In this document: positions 61,068 through 62,240 of the stretch, in pieces
Layout: the number at the start of each line of letters is the position of its first letter
Position numbering within the stretch: position 1 is the stretch's first letter
From: a virus
Strand: one strand, 5' to 3'
DNA length: 62,240 nucleotides
IMG/VR virus record: IMGVR_UViG_3300045988_042951
Notes under the pieces: model-generated
What the model was told of the DNA's origin: nothing
Seen by the model: only the letters and a program-made list of their open reading frames with translations
Database searches by the model: none
Program-made: the position numbers and the translations under genes

Positions 61068-61793
61068 ATGAACGAGTTAATCAAAGTTGACGCTGATGCA
61101 CAGGTTGTATCAGCGAGAGAACTACATGAAGCCCTTGGAGTTGAGAAAAGATTTAGTGCTTGGTTTGAGACAAATTCTCAAGGGTTCGTTGAGGGAGAAG
61201 ATTTTACAAGTGTACTTTCAGGTACGGTTGTAAATAACGGAGCACACAGAGAGTTGCAGGATTATAACTTGTCTGTCGATATGGCAAAGCACATCTGCCT
61301 TATGAGTAGAACAGATAAAGGTAAGGCTTGCAGGCAATACCTTATAGATGTTGAAAAGGCTTGGAACACACCAGAGCAGGTAATGGCAAGAGCATTAAAG
61401 ATTGCTAATCAAACAATAGACAGTTTGAAAGAGAATAACATAAGGCTTATTGAAGCTAATGAGAGAATGAAGCCGAAGGAGATTTTTGCTGACGCCGTGG
61501 CTACAAGCAAGACTTCAATTCTTGTCGGAGACTTGGCGAAGCTGATATGCCAGAACGGCTACCAAATAGGACAGAAGCGGTTATTTGACTGGTTACGCAA
61601 CAACGGATATTTAGTCAAGAGCGGAAGTTCTTACAATATGCCTATGCAGAGATATGTTGAACAAGGCTTATTCGAGGTCAAGGAAAGCAACGTGCAGAAT
61701 CCAGACGGAAGTGTAAGAACTACACGCACGACAAAGGTTACAGGCAAAGGACAGGTCTATTTTGTTAATAAGTTTTTAGGGAGAGGAGAATGA
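61068..61793 (+). CDS. phage antirepressor (AntA/Bro-N-like N-terminus plus KilAC C-terminus)
   Basis: VSARELHEALGVEKRFSAWF...FVEGEDF at the N-terminus. C-terminal FADAVATSKTSILVGDLAKLICQNGYQIGQKRLFDWLRNNGYL. Confidence 0.8.
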   Translation: MNELIKVDADAQVVSARELHEALGVEKRFSAWFETNSQGFVEGEDFTSVLSGTVVNNGAHRELQDYNLSVDMAKHICLMSRTDKGKACRQYLIDVEKAWNTPEQVMARALKIANQTIDSLKENNIRLIEANERMKPKEIFADAVATSKTSILVGDLAKLICQNGYQIGQKRLFDWLRNNGYLVKSGSSYNMPMQRYVEQGLFEVKESNVQNPDGSVRTTRTTKVTGKGQVYFVNKFLGRGE

Positions 61794-61794
61794 A

Positions 61795-62240
61795 ATGGCA
61801 ATCAAAGCATACAAAGGGTTCAAAAAGGATATGACATGCAAAGGCTTTCAGTACGAAGAGGGCAAAGAGTACGAAACTGACAAGGCAGAAGTGTGCGAAA
61901 CAGGCTTTCATGCGTGCGAGTATCCGTTAGACTGCTTTAAATATTATGCTCCGAGTGAGAGCGTATTCCACGAAGTTGAACAGGGCGGAGAAATTAGCCG
62001 CAAAGGTGATGACACGAAGCTTGCATCGACCAAGATTAAAATAGGCGTGAGCTTAAACATTGCTGGCATGGTTAAAGCAGCCATTGAATACACCAAGAGC
62101 AGAACAGATAAAGAAGCCGACAGCAATTCAAACTACGGAGCTTCATCCGCAACAGGCTACAAGGGAGCTTCATCCGCAACAGGCGACTACGGAGCTTCAT
62201 CCGCAACAGGCTACAAGGGAGCTTCATCCGCAACAGGCGA
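61795..62240 (+). CDS. 5' part of the wrap-around repeat protein (continues at 2..334)
   Basis: ATG 61795 lies one nt after the upstream TGA. MAIKAYKGFKKDMTCKGFQYEEGKEYE...CETGFHACEYPLDCF.... It runs off the window end inside the GASSATG repeats. Confidence 0.75.
   Translation, partial: MAIKAYKGFKKDMTCKGFQYEEGKEYETDKAEVCETGFHACEYPLDCFKYYAPSESVFHEVEQGGEISRKGDDTKLASTKIKIGVSLNIAGMVKAAIEYTKSRTDKEADSNSNYGASSATGYKGASSATGDYGASSATGYKGASSATG
62131..62240 (+). repeat. 27-nt coding tandem repeat (N/D-Y or Y-K, then G-A-S-S-A-T-G); continues at 1..103
   Basis: Four complete units read directly. The final 30 nt equal window positions 1-30. Confidence 0.9.

Overview
The window is a complete, circularly closed genome of about 62.2 kb. 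The last 30 nt repeat the first 30 nt, and one gene runs across the junction. It is a temperate, siphovirus-type tailed phage. The host is inferred to be Gram-positive and Clostridia/Bacillota-like, from GGAGG-type RBSs, an M23+SPOR lysin, an XhlA-like/holin pair, a large serine recombinase and Firmicutes-like tRNAs.

Layout:
- 59.3 kb through the junction to 16.9 kb, early rightward operon: Rha and KilAC antirepressors, a 3D-domain protein, an SMC/Rad50-like ATPase, a RecT-like protein, an MBL hydrolase, SSB, a frameshifted PAPS-reductase-like gene, a Lar-like protein, an ERCC4-like nuclease, an N6/N4 methyltransferase, a DnaD-like replication initiator, HTH and sigma-r4 regulators, and a strong terminator.
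- 17.0-18.3 kb: large serine recombinase.
- 18.5-22.5 kb: cluster of Q/N/M-rich, Gly-rich membrane and Cys-rich proteins.
- 22.5-25.4 kb: repeat-rich non-coding DNA, followed by a small-protein operon and an acidic-protein gene whose promoters carry shared operators, presumably bound by the small HTH encoded between them.
- 25.4-31.3 kb: long non-coding leader, terS, a T5orf172-like gene, MazG, three tRNAs (Gln, Pro, Glu) and small Cys-rich ORFs.
- 31.3-47.2 kb: terL carrying a class-3-type intein with a LAGLIDADG domain, portal, scaffold, capsid, connectors (with an embedded XhlA-like/holin pair), major tail protein, G/G-T chaperones and the tape measure.
- 47.2-51.9 kb: accessory island inside the tail module.
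- 51.9-56.8 kb: M23/SPOR lysin, Dit-like protein, a long tail protein with an S74 chaperone end, and a small fibre-tip gene.
- 56.8-59.3 kb: promoterless inverted cassettes, a tyrosine recombinase and a CI-like repressor.

Most notable finding: a shufflon-like arrangement. Three in-frame crossover sites and two start-less inverted cassettes lie next to the tyrosine recombinase, and inversion at these sites could swap the C-terminal domain of the fibre-tip protein.

No CRISPR array, rRNA or reverse transcriptase was seen. All family assignments are from reading motifs by eye, without searches.
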